Of a stretch of DNA of 64,000 nt, positions 1 through 8,978 are shown piece by piece. The notes beneath the pieces were generated by a model that ran no database searches, had not been told where the DNA came from, and saw only the letters and a program-made list of their open reading frames with translations. The stretch's first letter is position 1, and every line of letters starts with the position of its first letter. The stretch spans positions 16,206 through 80,205 of the forward strand of contig JBICID010000101.1 in NCBI GenBank assembly GCA_043101615.1, given 5' to 3'. Source of the DNA: Phycisphaerales bacterium JB040. GTDB lineage: Bacteria; Planctomycetota; Phycisphaerae; Phycisphaerales; UBA1924. Position numbers and translations under genes: made by a program.

Positions 1-1014
1 GGGGACGCTCGACGCGGCCATCGCCTGCGCCTCGCGCAGCTCGGCCCACTCGGACTCCTGGGGCTCGTCCGCCCGCTCTTTGAAGTTGGCGAGCTGGACG
101 AAGTAGAAGGGCATGTCCGGCTGGCCGAACGCGTCGCGCCACGACTCGATCATGGCGGGGAAGAGCGTGCGGTACTGCTCGGCTCGCCCGGCGTTCGATT
201 CGCCCTGGTACCAGATCGCACCGGAGACTTTGAGCGGCGTGAGCGGGTGGATCATCGCGTTGTAGAGAGAGCCGGAGGAGCGGTGGTCCGCCGCGCCCTG
301 CTCCTGATCGCGCTTCAGGATGCCCTCGTAGCCGCCGGCCTGCACCACGGGCTGGGGCGTCCAGGCCTCGCAGCGTGTGCCGCCCCAGTTGGTGCTGATC
401 AGCCCGATCGGGACGCCCTCGTGCTCGCGCAGCACTGCTCCGAAGTGGTACGCCACCGCGGAGAAGGTGCGGGCCGTCTCGGGCGTGGTGGGGGACCAGC
501 CGCTGGACTCGGCCTGTGTCTGCGGCTCCGCGGCGGTCTGGTGCGGGAGCGTGATCAGGCGGAGCCGGTCGTCGTCGGCGCCCGCGATGAACTCCTCGCC
601 GTGGGTTGTGGCGTGCAGGGGCCACTCCATGTTGGACTGGCCTCCCGCGAGCCACACGTCGCCGAAGAGGATGTCGGCGCGGGAGGTGAACTCGGGGACG
701 GCGTCGCCGTGCGTGCCGGAGGCGGTGACAGTCAGCGTGTGCGGCCCGCCCGCGGGCGAGGGCGGGAGTGTGACGGACCAGCGCCCGTCGGCGTCGGCGG
801 CGGTGACGGCGTCGTGGCCGGCGAGCTCGACGGTGATGTTGGCCCGCGGATCGGCGATCCCCCAGATCGTGCAGTCCGCGTCGCGCTGCAGCACGGCGTG
901 GTCGGAGAACCACGAGGGCAGCTCGGGCGGGGCCGCGAGGCAGGCTCCGGCGTGCGTGGCCAGGGCGGCGAGCGAGATTGCGAGCGTGGGGGGGCAGGCG
1001 GGTGTGGTCGGCAT
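1..1014 (-). CDS. sialate O-acetylesterase-like carbohydrate esterase (N-terminal part; the C-terminus lies beyond the left edge)
   Basis: Absent from the ORF track because it runs off the edge. My minus-strand translation from the ATG (cat at 1012-1014) gives MPTTPACPPTLAISLAALATHAGA (signal-peptide-like), then GDVWLAGGQSNMEW, ISTNWGGTRCEAW, LYNAMIHPL and GAIWYQGESN, the conserved blocks of the sialate 9-O-acetylesterase family. Confidence 0.8.
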   Translation of the reverse strand, partial: MPTTPACPPTLAISLAALATHAGACLAAPPELPSWFSDHAVLQRDADCTIWGIADPRANITVELAGHDAVTAADADGRWSVTLPPSPAGGPHTLTVTASGTHGDAVPEFTSRADILFGDVWLAGGQSNMEWPLHATTHGEEFIAGADDDRLRLITLPHQTAAEPQTQAESSGWSPTTPETARTFSAVAYHFGAVLREHEGVPIGLISTNWGGTRCEAWTPQPVVQAGGYEGILKRDQEQGAADHRSSGSLYNAMIHPLTPLKVSGAIWYQGESNAGRAEQYRTLFPAMIESWRDAFGQPDMPFYFVQLANFKERADEPQESEWAELREAQAMAASSVP

Positions 1015-1063
1015 GGGGGCTCCTCTCGGGGCCCAGCCTACCGCGCATCCTGTGACGAGCAGA

Positions 1064-1312
1064 TCAGTTCGGGTGACAGCCACACCCCGCGCCGCACCCG
1101 CCGCCGGGGAAGGACGGGCCGGCGTCGGGCTTGGAGCCGGACACGAAGCTGAGGCTCAGGATCTTCTCGACGGGCGATTTCCGTGGCGTGTCGCCGGGGT
1201 CGATCTCGGCCAGGTCGCACACCTCGCCCCACGTGCGCACGGTGCGGCTCATCGGGTGCTGGACCTCGATCACGCGGTCGTTGGCCTCGCAGCGGTACTC
1301 GTAGGTGGGCAT
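1064..1312 (-). CDS. FmdB-family zinc-ribbon protein
   Basis: The N-terminus MPTYEYRCEANDRVIEV is the canonical FmdB/CxxC_CxxC_SSSS start. The tail is Cys/Gly-rich (GGCGAGCGCH). 82 aa. Confidence 0.85.
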   Translation of the reverse strand: MPTYEYRCEANDRVIEVQHPMSRTVRTWGEVCDLAEIDPGDTPRKSPVEKILSLSFVSGSKPDAGPSFPGGGCGAGCGCHPN

Positions 1313-1325
1313 GGGGAATCCTATG

Positions 1326-3875
1326 TCAGCCGCCGGAATCGGTGGTGGCGGCCGCGTCCAGGGCGCGGGTCACCACGGGCGCGGGGTAGCGCGGGTCGGC
1401 GTTGAGTTCGCGTGCAAACGACGAGAAGGCCGGCTCCTCGGGGAACCGCAGCGCCAGGTTCGCGACCACGAGGCGCTTGAGGTACAGCTGCATCGTGAGC
1501 TGGCGGACGTCGCCGGGGTCCGGCGCGGACTCGGCGTTCAGCCACGCGGCGCACTGGCGCTGCTCGGCGTCGCCCTGCGACAGGGCGGACACGGCGCGGC
1601 CGAGATAGCCCGCGTGGCTGGGGTCAACGACCGGGGTCGCCAGCGCCGAGAGCAGCAGGGTGTTGAGATCGATCGAGTCGGGCTCGAACTCGTCGAGCGC
1701 GAGGGCGAGGGCTTCCGGGTCGCGGTCGAGCATCGCCGCGGCGAGGGCGTCCTCGGCGTACTGGGAGTTGCGCCAGAAGCTCGCGGCGGCCTCGATGCGC
1801 CCCGAGGCGATGTCGAGCAGGGCCATGAGCTCGGCGAGGTACTCGTTGTCGGTGTCGAGCACGCCGTCCGTCGTGCCGGAGGCGTACTCGCGCAGGATGG
1901 ACGCACCCCGGTCGGCACGCCCCCGACGTTCCTCGACCCAGGCGAGCAGGACCGGATCGATCCAGTCCGCGTACGAGTCCGCGTGGGTCGCGATGGCCTC
2001 GAGATCGCCGACACCCACCACAGCGTCGGTCCGCAGCGCGATCAGGTCGTCCTGGAGCGGGCCGTCGGGGTTCTCGGAGAGTTCGGCCGCGTCCGCGTAG
2101 CGTGCGGCCGCGAGGAACCCGAAGACGAGCGAGACGCGTGCCCTGGGCGCGGCGTCGGGGTGGCCCGAGGCCATCGCGGTGCGGAGCAGCGGCTCGGCCT
2201 CGTCGAGGCGCGGGAGCAGGCGGGCGTAGAGGTAGTCCGCCACGGGCTCGTCGGGCGTGCCCGCGACTTCCCGGCGCAGCGCGTCGTACTCGGCCAGCAG
2301 GTCGTCGAGGGCGGTGTCGGGCTCGCGCAGGGTCTGGGAGGCGCGGTGGGCCTCCATCAGCAGCGGGCGCTGCGCGCCGAGCTCCTCGAAGAGCGGGAGG
2401 TCTTCTTCGGTCGCCAACGCCGCGAGCGACTGCACGCCGTCCGCGTCGGTCGGGACGACACGGACGTAGTCTCGCAGCCAGGCCTGGCCGGTGCCGGGGT
2501 TCTCGCCCTCCATGTGGACCGCGATCGTGAACGGGTCGGCCGCGAGCACGCCGACGCGGTTGCGGGCCACGGCGTTGTTGCCGGGCAGCTCGACCTCGGC
2601 CGGGAAGGCCTCGAACGGGTGGTCGATCTTGCCGAAGTCGTACACGGGCTCGCCCGCGTGCAGCATGTAGGCGTCGGAGGGGAGCGAGGCGTTGCCGGTC
2701 GTCGAGTAGGTCGTGCTCTCGTACTCGATCACCCCGACGCGGTCGGGGTTGACCACCACGGTGCGCCGGACGAAGGGAGCCGCGAAGAAGTTGACACTCA
2801 GATCGAGCTGAAACGGCTCGAACCAGGGCGCGGGGTCGGCCTGGGTGACGTCGTGCACCCCGGCGCCCAGCGCCACGTCGCGGCTCAGCCCGGGGCTCAG
2901 GGTGATCGGATCACCGGCGATGGTCACGGTGTACGCGGCGTCGGTCGCGTTCAGGAGGTGGGCGCTCTGTCCGGCGCTGGCCACCTGGGCCCAGGTGAGG
3001 TACCCCATCCCCAGCCCCAGCACCGCGATATACGGGATATAGGAGATGATCGACCACGCCGCCCGGTTCTCGTTCAGGGGTGTCGCGGGGTCCCAGCCGG
3101 TGACGCCCCGGTACTTGGTCGGCTTGGCCACCAGCTTCTCGGCCTGCTTGCGCATGGGCTTGAAGACCTTCTTCTCCTCCAGCTCGGGCAGGCGCTGCTC
3201 GAGGCCGTCCATGGTGGACAGGGCGTCCTCGGCCCGCCCCGCGGACAGCAGGGCGTCGAGGTAGAGCGCGTACAGCGTCGTGTGGTCGATCTCGGGGCGA
3301 TCGAGGAAACGGCGCACCGACGGCTCGGCGTCGTCGAGCCGGCCCCACAGCAGCAGGTAATAGCAGTGTCGCGCGGCGGTCGCGTCGGCGTCGGTGATCG
3401 CGCGCGACGCCTCCCACACCCGGTCGGCGTCGTCGCGCCGTTCGAAGAAGGCGTGCCCGGTGGCGAGCGCGTCCAGCAGCTCGGCGTCGCTCGGGAAGCG
3501 GGACTCGATGTCGGACTCGAGCTCTTCGAAGAGAGCGCGGTCCTGAGACGCCACCGAGCCCGCGATCACCTCGACCGCCTGGTCGCGCGTGTGCTGGGCC
3601 CGGTAGATGTCCGCGCTGGTCTGCACGTTGGCGACGATCTGTCGCTGCCACGTGGCGTGCTTCACGCGGCTGTGCTTGGTGCAGGACGGGCACTCGTCGA
3701 CGATGCGCAGCGTGCCCATGGGCAGCACGGGCACGAAGAGCAGCACGAAGTACTTTCGGGTGTCGAACGAGCGCAGCTCGACGCTGGCCCCGCAGTGCGG
3801 GCACAGGTCGCGCCGCGTGAAGGTGTTCCGGCGGCCCCAGTACCAGGTGCCGATCCCGTTGACCACGTGTGGCAT
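1326..3875 (-). CDS. hypothetical membrane protein with an N-terminal double zinc ribbon (849 aa)
   Basis: CPHC...CPSC zinc-ribbon pairs lie in the first 70 aa. A hydrophobic helix (AAWSIISYIPYIAVLGLGMGYLTWAQV) sits mid-protein. Composition is normal, unlike the Arg/Gly-rich antisense ORF 1305..3899. Confidence 0.75.
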   Translation of the reverse strand: MPHVVNGIGTWYWGRRNTFTRRDLCPHCGASVELRSFDTRKYFVLLFVPVLPMGTLRIVDECPSCTKHSRVKHATWQRQIVANVQTSADIYRAQHTRDQAVEVIAGSVASQDRALFEELESDIESRFPSDAELLDALATGHAFFERRDDADRVWEASRAITDADATAARHCYYLLLWGRLDDAEPSVRRFLDRPEIDHTTLYALYLDALLSAGRAEDALSTMDGLEQRLPELEEKKVFKPMRKQAEKLVAKPTKYRGVTGWDPATPLNENRAAWSIISYIPYIAVLGLGMGYLTWAQVASAGQSAHLLNATDAAYTVTIAGDPITLSPGLSRDVALGAGVHDVTQADPAPWFEPFQLDLSVNFFAAPFVRRTVVVNPDRVGVIEYESTTYSTTGNASLPSDAYMLHAGEPVYDFGKIDHPFEAFPAEVELPGNNAVARNRVGVLAADPFTIAVHMEGENPGTGQAWLRDYVRVVPTDADGVQSLAALATEEDLPLFEELGAQRPLLMEAHRASQTLREPDTALDDLLAEYDALRREVAGTPDEPVADYLYARLLPRLDEAEPLLRTAMASGHPDAAPRARVSLVFGFLAAARYADAAELSENPDGPLQDDLIALRTDAVVGVGDLEAIATHADSYADWIDPVLLAWVEERRGRADRGASILREYASGTTDGVLDTDNEYLAELMALLDIASGRIEAAASFWRNSQYAEDALAAAMLDRDPEALALALDEFEPDSIDLNTLLLSALATPVVDPSHAGYLGRAVSALSQGDAEQRQCAAWLNAESAPDPGDVRQLTMQLYLKRLVVANLALRFPEEPAFSSFARELNADPRYPAPVVTRALDAAATTDSGG

Positions 3876-3955
3876 GCCGCCTCCTCAACGCCGGGGTGAG
3901 GGGGCAGTATGACCGAATTCCGGTGTCTGGTGCGCGGATTCCGGGCGGGCCGGTG

Positions 3956-5449
3956 TTAATCCTGGGCGAGCAGCTCGGCCAGCAGGCGGGTGCCGAAGCC
4001 GGTCGGGCCGGGGTTGAACGGGCCGGACTGCTTCTCGGTGGCGTGCACGCCGGCGATGTCGATGTGGGCCCAGGGGATGCCCTTCTCGACGAAGTGGGAC
4101 AGGAACGCGGCGCCCTGGATCGGGTGCGCCTCGCGCACCGGGGCCGAGTTCACGATGTCCGCCACCGGCGACTTCATCATCTGGTTGTACTCGGGGTGGT
4201 GCGGCAGACGCCACAGGCGCTCGCCGGAGACCTTGGCCGCCTGCTGCAGGCGCTGGCGGAGGTCGTCGTCGTCGCACCACATCCCGGCGAAGGTCGAGCC
4301 CAGCGCCACCACCACGCCCCCGGTCAGGGTGGCCATGTCGATGATGTAGGCCGGGTCTTCCTTGGCGCAGGCCCAGCACAGGGCGTCGGCCATGACCAGG
4401 CGACCCTCGGCGTCGGTGTTGGTGATCTCGACCGTCACGCCGTTCTTGAAGGTGATCACGTCGTCGGGCCGGTAGGCCTCGTCGGAGATCGAGTTCTCGG
4501 CGCAGGCCAGCAGGGCGACCACGCGCTGCCCGGGCTTGATGACGGTCGCGATGGCGTGCATGGCGCCGAAGACGGCGCACCCGCCGTCCTTGTCGCGCTT
4601 CATGCCCCGCATCGAGCCCCCCACCTTGATCGACAGCCCGCCCGAGTCGTACGTCATGGTCTTGCCGACGAACACCGCGGGCTTGCCGTTCTTCTTGCCG
4701 TTGCCCGCGGGCGTGTACTCCAGCCGGATCAGGCAGGGCGGGTTCTCCGAGGCCTTGCCCACGTTGATCAGGCCCTGCAGGCCCTCCTTCTCGAGGGCGG
4801 CGCCCTTGATCACGGTGCACTTCAGGTTCGGGTTCGCCTTGGCCAGCTGCATCGCCCGGTCCGCGATGTACGTCGTCGTCGCGATGTTCGGGGGTGTCTG
4901 CGACAGGTCGCGGCACACCCCGGCGGACTCGGCCATCGCCAGCCCGCGCTTCAGACCGGCCACAAAGTCGCGGTCCGAGGCACGCAGCGACAGCTTGGAG
5001 GTCTTGGGCTCGTCGGTCGCCTTGCCCCGCAGAGAGGTGTAGTTCCAGGTGCACAGCCCGACGCCCTCGCCGAAGGCGTTCCCGGCCTCGTGCTCGTCCA
5101 CGGCCTCCTTCAGGGAGCCCAGCGCCCCGTCCAGCTCGATCTGGACGCTGGAGATCTGGGCCCGGTCGGCCAGGCGGGCCAGGGCGGCGCCGGCGGCGCG
5201 GAGCCGCCCGGGGCCGAAGGTGTCCTTGTCGCCCAGCCCCAGGATCACGACCCGCTTGTACTTGCTGTTGCCCTCGGGGAAGGCCTCGACCAGCGAGCCG
5301 AGGTCGCCGGTGGCCTCGGGGCGTCCCGCGGCCTTCACCGCCGGGGCGCTCAGCTTGGCGGAGGTCTTGTCGAGCTTCTTGCCCTTGAACTGCCCGAGCA
5401 CCAGGGTGTTGGCCCCGGCGCGGGTGCTGACGGTGAGGTCGGTGATCAT
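3956..5449 (-). CDS. pepA: leucyl aminopeptidase (M17)
   Basis: NTDAEGRLVMADAL signature. 497 aa. GAGGAG lies about 7 nt upstream of the ATG. Confidence 0.95.
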   Translation of the reverse strand: MITDLTVSTRAGANTLVLGQFKGKKLDKTSAKLSAPAVKAAGRPEATGDLGSLVEAFPEGNSKYKRVVILGLGDKDTFGPGRLRAAGAALARLADRAQISSVQIELDGALGSLKEAVDEHEAGNAFGEGVGLCTWNYTSLRGKATDEPKTSKLSLRASDRDFVAGLKRGLAMAESAGVCRDLSQTPPNIATTTYIADRAMQLAKANPNLKCTVIKGAALEKEGLQGLINVGKASENPPCLIRLEYTPAGNGKKNGKPAVFVGKTMTYDSGGLSIKVGGSMRGMKRDKDGGCAVFGAMHAIATVIKPGQRVVALLACAENSISDEAYRPDDVITFKNGVTVEITNTDAEGRLVMADALCWACAKEDPAYIIDMATLTGGVVVALGSTFAGMWCDDDDLRQRLQQAAKVSGERLWRLPHHPEYNQMMKSPVADIVNSAPVREAHPIQGAAFLSHFVEKGIPWAHIDIAGVHATEKQSGPFNPGPTGFGTRLLAELLAQD

Positions 5450-5569
5450 GCAGACTCCTCAAGTCCGGACGTGGGCGGCGATGGCTCAGAACTGAGCGAT
5501 GGAAACGGGGAAATCGAGTCGCGGGGGCAAGTCTAGGGGCGGCGGCACGCCCCGGGCTAAACTGGGCGA

Positions 5570-6118
5570 ATGGCAGCTCCCGTCCCGCAACACGATCAAA
5601 GCAGCGGGGATGCGCTCTGGGCGCCCTGGCGACTGGAATACCTCGAGACCGTGGACGACGACGCCGACTCACGGCGCGACCCCGGCGCCACCTTCCTGAG
5701 CGACTACTGGGCCAATCCGGATCGGGACGTCGAGAATCTCGTCGTCCATCGCGACGCCCACGGCATGGTGCTGCTCAACCGCTACCCCTACTCCAACGGG
5801 CACCTGCTGGTGGCGCTGGGCGAGGCGCGCGGACGACTGCTGGACTACTCGCCCGAGCAGCGGGCCCGCCTGTGGGGGCTGGTCGACCGCGCGATGGCGC
5901 TGGTGGAGACCACCCTGGAGCCGCAGGGCGTGAACGTGGGGGTGAACCAGGGTCGTGCCGCGGGGGCTGGGGTGCCGGGTCACCTGCACGTGCACCTGGT
6001 GCCGCGCTGGGGCGGGGACGTGAACTTCATGAGCGTGGTGGGGCGGGTGCGTGTGATCCCGGCGTCGCTGGAGGCGATGTACGAGCGGTACGTGCTGGCG
6101 CGCGAGCGGATGGGGTAG
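5570..6118 (+). CDS. HIT-family protein (Ap4A phosphorylase/adenylyltransferase-like)
   Basis: Histidine triad GHLHVHLVPRW, plus an N-terminal LWAPWRLEY motif typical of this HIT subgroup. Confidence 0.9.
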   Translation: MAAPVPQHDQSSGDALWAPWRLEYLETVDDDADSRRDPGATFLSDYWANPDRDVENLVVHRDAHGMVLLNRYPYSNGHLLVALGEARGRLLDYSPEQRARLWGLVDRAMALVETTLEPQGVNVGVNQGRAAGAGVPGHLHVHLVPRWGGDVNFMSVVGRVRVIPASLEAMYERYVLARERMG

Positions 6119-6131
6119 TGGGAGAAATCTA

Positions 6132-6152
6132 CCTCGGCGCAAGCCGAGGGAG
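6132..6152. repeat. REP-like GC hairpin cctcggc-gcaa-gccgagg(gag); an exact inverted copy lies at 22670..22690
   Basis: The 21-nt string cctcggcgcaagccgagggag here is the reverse complement of ctccctcggcttgcgccgagg at 22670..22690. It forms a 7-bp stem with a GCAA tetraloop and lies between convergent genes. Confidence 0.8.
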
Positions 6153-6224
6153 CCGAGACGCGTCGTGCTCTTGGAAAAGCTCAGGCCGCGCGATGGGTCA
6201 TCGAGCCGGGCAACCTGCTTTGGC

Positions 6225-6557
6225 TCAAGCCACGCAGACCGAGGCGTCGCAGAAGACGCCGATGCGGAAGCCCTCGTCGGCGCGGTGGCAGCGGACGATG
6301 GTGCCGGAGCGCCCGGGCAGGTCGGAGCCGTTGAAGTGCAGGCGGACGTGGGCGCCGGTGGGCAGGTCCATCGGGCTGGTCAGGCCCAGCCCGGCGGGGG
6401 AGGCGTCGACGAGGCGGACGGTGGTGACGATGCGTCGGGCGCCGAGCTCGGCGATGGCGATCGCGCTGCCCTCGGCCGGGTAGCGGACGCACTCGCGTCG
6501 GTTGCGGTGGAGGGGCTTGACCTCGCAGAGTTCTGGGCGCGTCGCGTGGAAGTGCAT
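6225..6557 (-). CDS. PilZ domain protein (putative c-di-GMP receptor)
   Basis: RNRRECVRY (RxxxR-type motif) and DASPAGLGL (D/NxSxxG motif) occur at PilZ-like spacing. 110 aa. Confidence 0.75.
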   Translation of the reverse strand: MHFHATRPELCEVKPLHRNRRECVRYPAEGSAIAIAELGARRIVTTVRLVDASPAGLGLTSPMDLPTGAHVRLHFNGSDLPGRSGTIVRCHRADEGFRIGVFCDASVCVA

Positions 6558-6646
6558 CGTGTGCTCCCGGTGGGTACCCGAGGTATCGGGCCGTGGGGAG
6601 AACAGGTCCGGAACGGATCACTCGTCCGCAAGAGGGAAGGTGTTTC

Positions 6647-8041
6647 TCAGCCCGCCTGTGCGGGACGCCCCCCGAGACGGGTGGCCAGCAGGAAGGCCAG
6701 CTCCAGGCTCTGGGCGTAGTTCAGGCGGGGGTCGCACGGGCTGGCGTAGTTGGTGTGCAGGTCGTCCTCGGTCACGCCCGCGGCTCCGCCCACGCACTCG
6801 GTGACGTCGTCTCCGGTCAATTCGAAGTGGACGCCTCCCAGCACGGTTCCGGCCGCGGCGTGGGTGTCGATGGTCTGTTCGAGCTCGCTGAGGATGTCGT
6901 CGAAGTTGCGTGTCTTGATGCCGCCCTGGGTGGTGACGCCGTTGCCGTGCATGGGGTCGCACATCCAGAGGACGGGGCGTCCGTCCTGCGCGACGGCGTC
7001 GAGGAGGGGTGGGAGGGCGCGTTCGACGTTGCGTGCCCCCATCCGGGCGATCAGGACCAGCTTGCCGGGCTCGCCCTCGGGGTTGAGCGTGTCGATGAGG
7101 GCCCGGACCTCGTCCCCGGAGGCGGCGGGGCCGACCTTGACGCCCACGGGGTTGCGGATGCCGCGTGCGAACTCGACGTGGGCGCCGTCGAGCTGGCGTG
7201 TGCGCTCGCCGAGCCAGGGCAGGTGGGTGGTGAGGTCGTAGTAGCCGTCGCGGCGCGGGACGGTGCGGGTCTGGGCGGACTCGTAGTGGAGGTTGAGGGC
7301 CTCGTGGCTGGTGAAGAACTCGACGCGGGTGAGCTCGTCCACCCGCGCCTCACCCAGGTTCTCCATGAAGGAGATGCCGTCGGCCAGCGTGGCGGTCATG
7401 CGTTCGTAGACGGCCCTGCGGTCTGGGGCGAGGCCGGCGTGCTCGAGGAAGGAGAGGTTCCAGTACTCGGGGTGGTGCAGGTCGGCGAAGCCGCCCTCGA
7501 GCAGGGAGCGGATGAAGTTGAGGGTCATCGCGGCGTGCTGGTACCCCCGGACCATGAGGTGCGGGTTGGGGGTGCGGGCCTCGGGCGAGAAGGCGGCCTC
7601 GTTGACCAGGTCGCCGAAGTAGCTGGGCAGCTCGGTGGGGGCCCCGCCCAGGTCGCGGGTCTCGGTCGGGCTGGAGCGGGGCTTGGCGTACTGCCCGGCG
7701 AAGCGTCCGACCCGGGTGACCGGGCGCTTGAGCTCGTGGATCAGCACCAGGCTCATCTGGAGCAGGATCTTGAGCTTGTTGGTGATGACTTCCGGGCGGC
7801 AGTCGGCCAGCGTCTCGGCGCAGTCGCCCCCCTGCAGGATGAAGCGCTGCCCCCGCTGGGCCTGGGCCAGTTCGCTCTTGAGGCGTTCGATCTCCCAACT
7901 GGTGACCAGCGGGGGGAGGGAGCGGAGCTTGGCGAGCGCAACTTCGAGCGCGTCGCGGTCGGTGTAGCGCACCTGCTGCGCTTCCAGGCGCTGCTTCCAG
8001 GAGTTGGGCGACCAGTCTTGGGGAGTGCGGGGCGTGCTCAT
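6647..8041 (-). CDS. class II 3-deoxy-7-phosphoheptulonate (DAHP) synthase
   Basis: MSTPRTPQDWSPNSWKQRLEAQQVRYTD...FILQGGDCAETL...RFAGQYAKPRS is typical of class II (plant/actinobacterial-type) DAHP synthases. I placed the start at the internal ATG (8039-8041), not at the ORF-track start 8254, whose extra 71 aa are Arg/Pro-rich. Confidence 0.9.
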   Translation of the reverse strand: MSTPRTPQDWSPNSWKQRLEAQQVRYTDRDALEVALAKLRSLPPLVTSWEIERLKSELAQAQRGQRFILQGGDCAETLADCRPEVITNKLKILLQMSLVLIHELKRPVTRVGRFAGQYAKPRSSPTETRDLGGAPTELPSYFGDLVNEAAFSPEARTPNPHLMVRGYQHAAMTLNFIRSLLEGGFADLHHPEYWNLSFLEHAGLAPDRRAVYERMTATLADGISFMENLGEARVDELTRVEFFTSHEALNLHYESAQTRTVPRRDGYYDLTTHLPWLGERTRQLDGAHVEFARGIRNPVGVKVGPAASGDEVRALIDTLNPEGEPGKLVLIARMGARNVERALPPLLDAVAQDGRPVLWMCDPMHGNGVTTQGGIKTRNFDDILSELEQTIDTHAAAGTVLGGVHFELTGDDVTECVGGAAGVTEDDLHTNYASPCDPRLNYAQSLELAFLLATRLGGRPAQAG

Positions 8042-8400
8042 GCGTGGGGAACGGGTACGAAAGTGAGTGTTCAGGCGTGCGCCGGGGGTTCGGGATCGTG
8101 CGAAGGCGTGCGCGCCGGGAGCGAAACTTGAGATTTTGGGCGTGCGCATCGTTGCGTGGTCGCCCGGGGGGGTCGGGCTGGGGCCGCAGAAATTCGCACA
8201 AAGTGTTGAAATCCGTGCCTGAAACTTGATCCGGACCCGTCCGCAAGCCGACACACGCGCTGTCCGAGAACGCGCCGGCGCAGTGCCGGCACGGTCGGAC
8301 GCCGTCGGCTCTCATTGGGAGAGCCGGGACACCACCGCCCGGGGCGAGCCCGGGCATCGAGGGAGCCGAGGCATCGCGCCCGGCCCAATGGAGTATTCCG

Positions 8401-8862
8401 ATGGCAACTCGCAAGACCACCCACGCCCGCACCGCTTCCAAGCGAACCACCGGTCGCAAGACCACGGCGAAGAAACCCGCCGCCCGCAAGAGCACCCGCA
8501 AGGCCACCACCGGTCGCAAGACCACCGCCAAGAAGCCCGCCGCCAAGCGGACCACGGCGAAGAAGTCCACCACCCGCAAGCCCGCGGCCAAGAAGAGCAC
8601 CACCGCTCGCAAGCCCGCCGCCAAGCGCACCACCGCCAAGAAGGCCACCACCGGTCGCAAGACCGCCGCCAAGCGGACGACCGCCAAGCGGACCACGGCC
8701 AAGAAGAGCACGGGCCGCACGACCGCCGCCCGCAAGACCAGCGCCCGCAAGCCCGCCGCCAAGCGGACGACCAACAGCAAGACCAACTCCCGCACCGTCG
8801 TGGGCCGCATCGGCCCGCGCAAGAGCAACGCCCGCACGTCCTCGCGTCGTCGCGCCGCGTGA
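8401..8862 (+). CDS. histone H1-like, lysine/alanine/threonine-rich repetitive DNA-binding protein
   Basis: 153 aa made of about a dozen T-T-x-R-K-P-A-A-K-(K/R)-like repeats. GGAG lies 10 nt upstream. A strong intrinsic terminator follows immediately downstream. Confidence 0.7.
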   Translation: MATRKTTHARTASKRTTGRKTTAKKPAARKSTRKATTGRKTTAKKPAAKRTTAKKSTTRKPAAKKSTTARKPAAKRTTAKKATTGRKTAAKRTTAKRTTAKKSTGRTTAARKTSARKPAAKRTTNSKTNSRTVVGRIGPRKSNARTSSRRRAA

Positions 8863-8887
8863 TCGCTCAGCCGGTCTGAACCACGAA

Positions 8888-8918
8888 CGCCCGGGGCCTG
8901 ACGGCCGCGGGCGTTTTT
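8888..8918 (+). terminator. rho-independent terminator of the histone-like gene
   Basis: cgcccggggcc-tgac-ggccgcgggcg forms an 11-bp stem with one mismatch, followed by TTTTT (8914-8918). Confidence 0.8.
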
Positions 8919-8978
8919 CATGCGCGAGGGCGGTTCGGGGGAGCGTGGCAGGAGGCGAGGGGGGCGGTGGAGGGGGGG

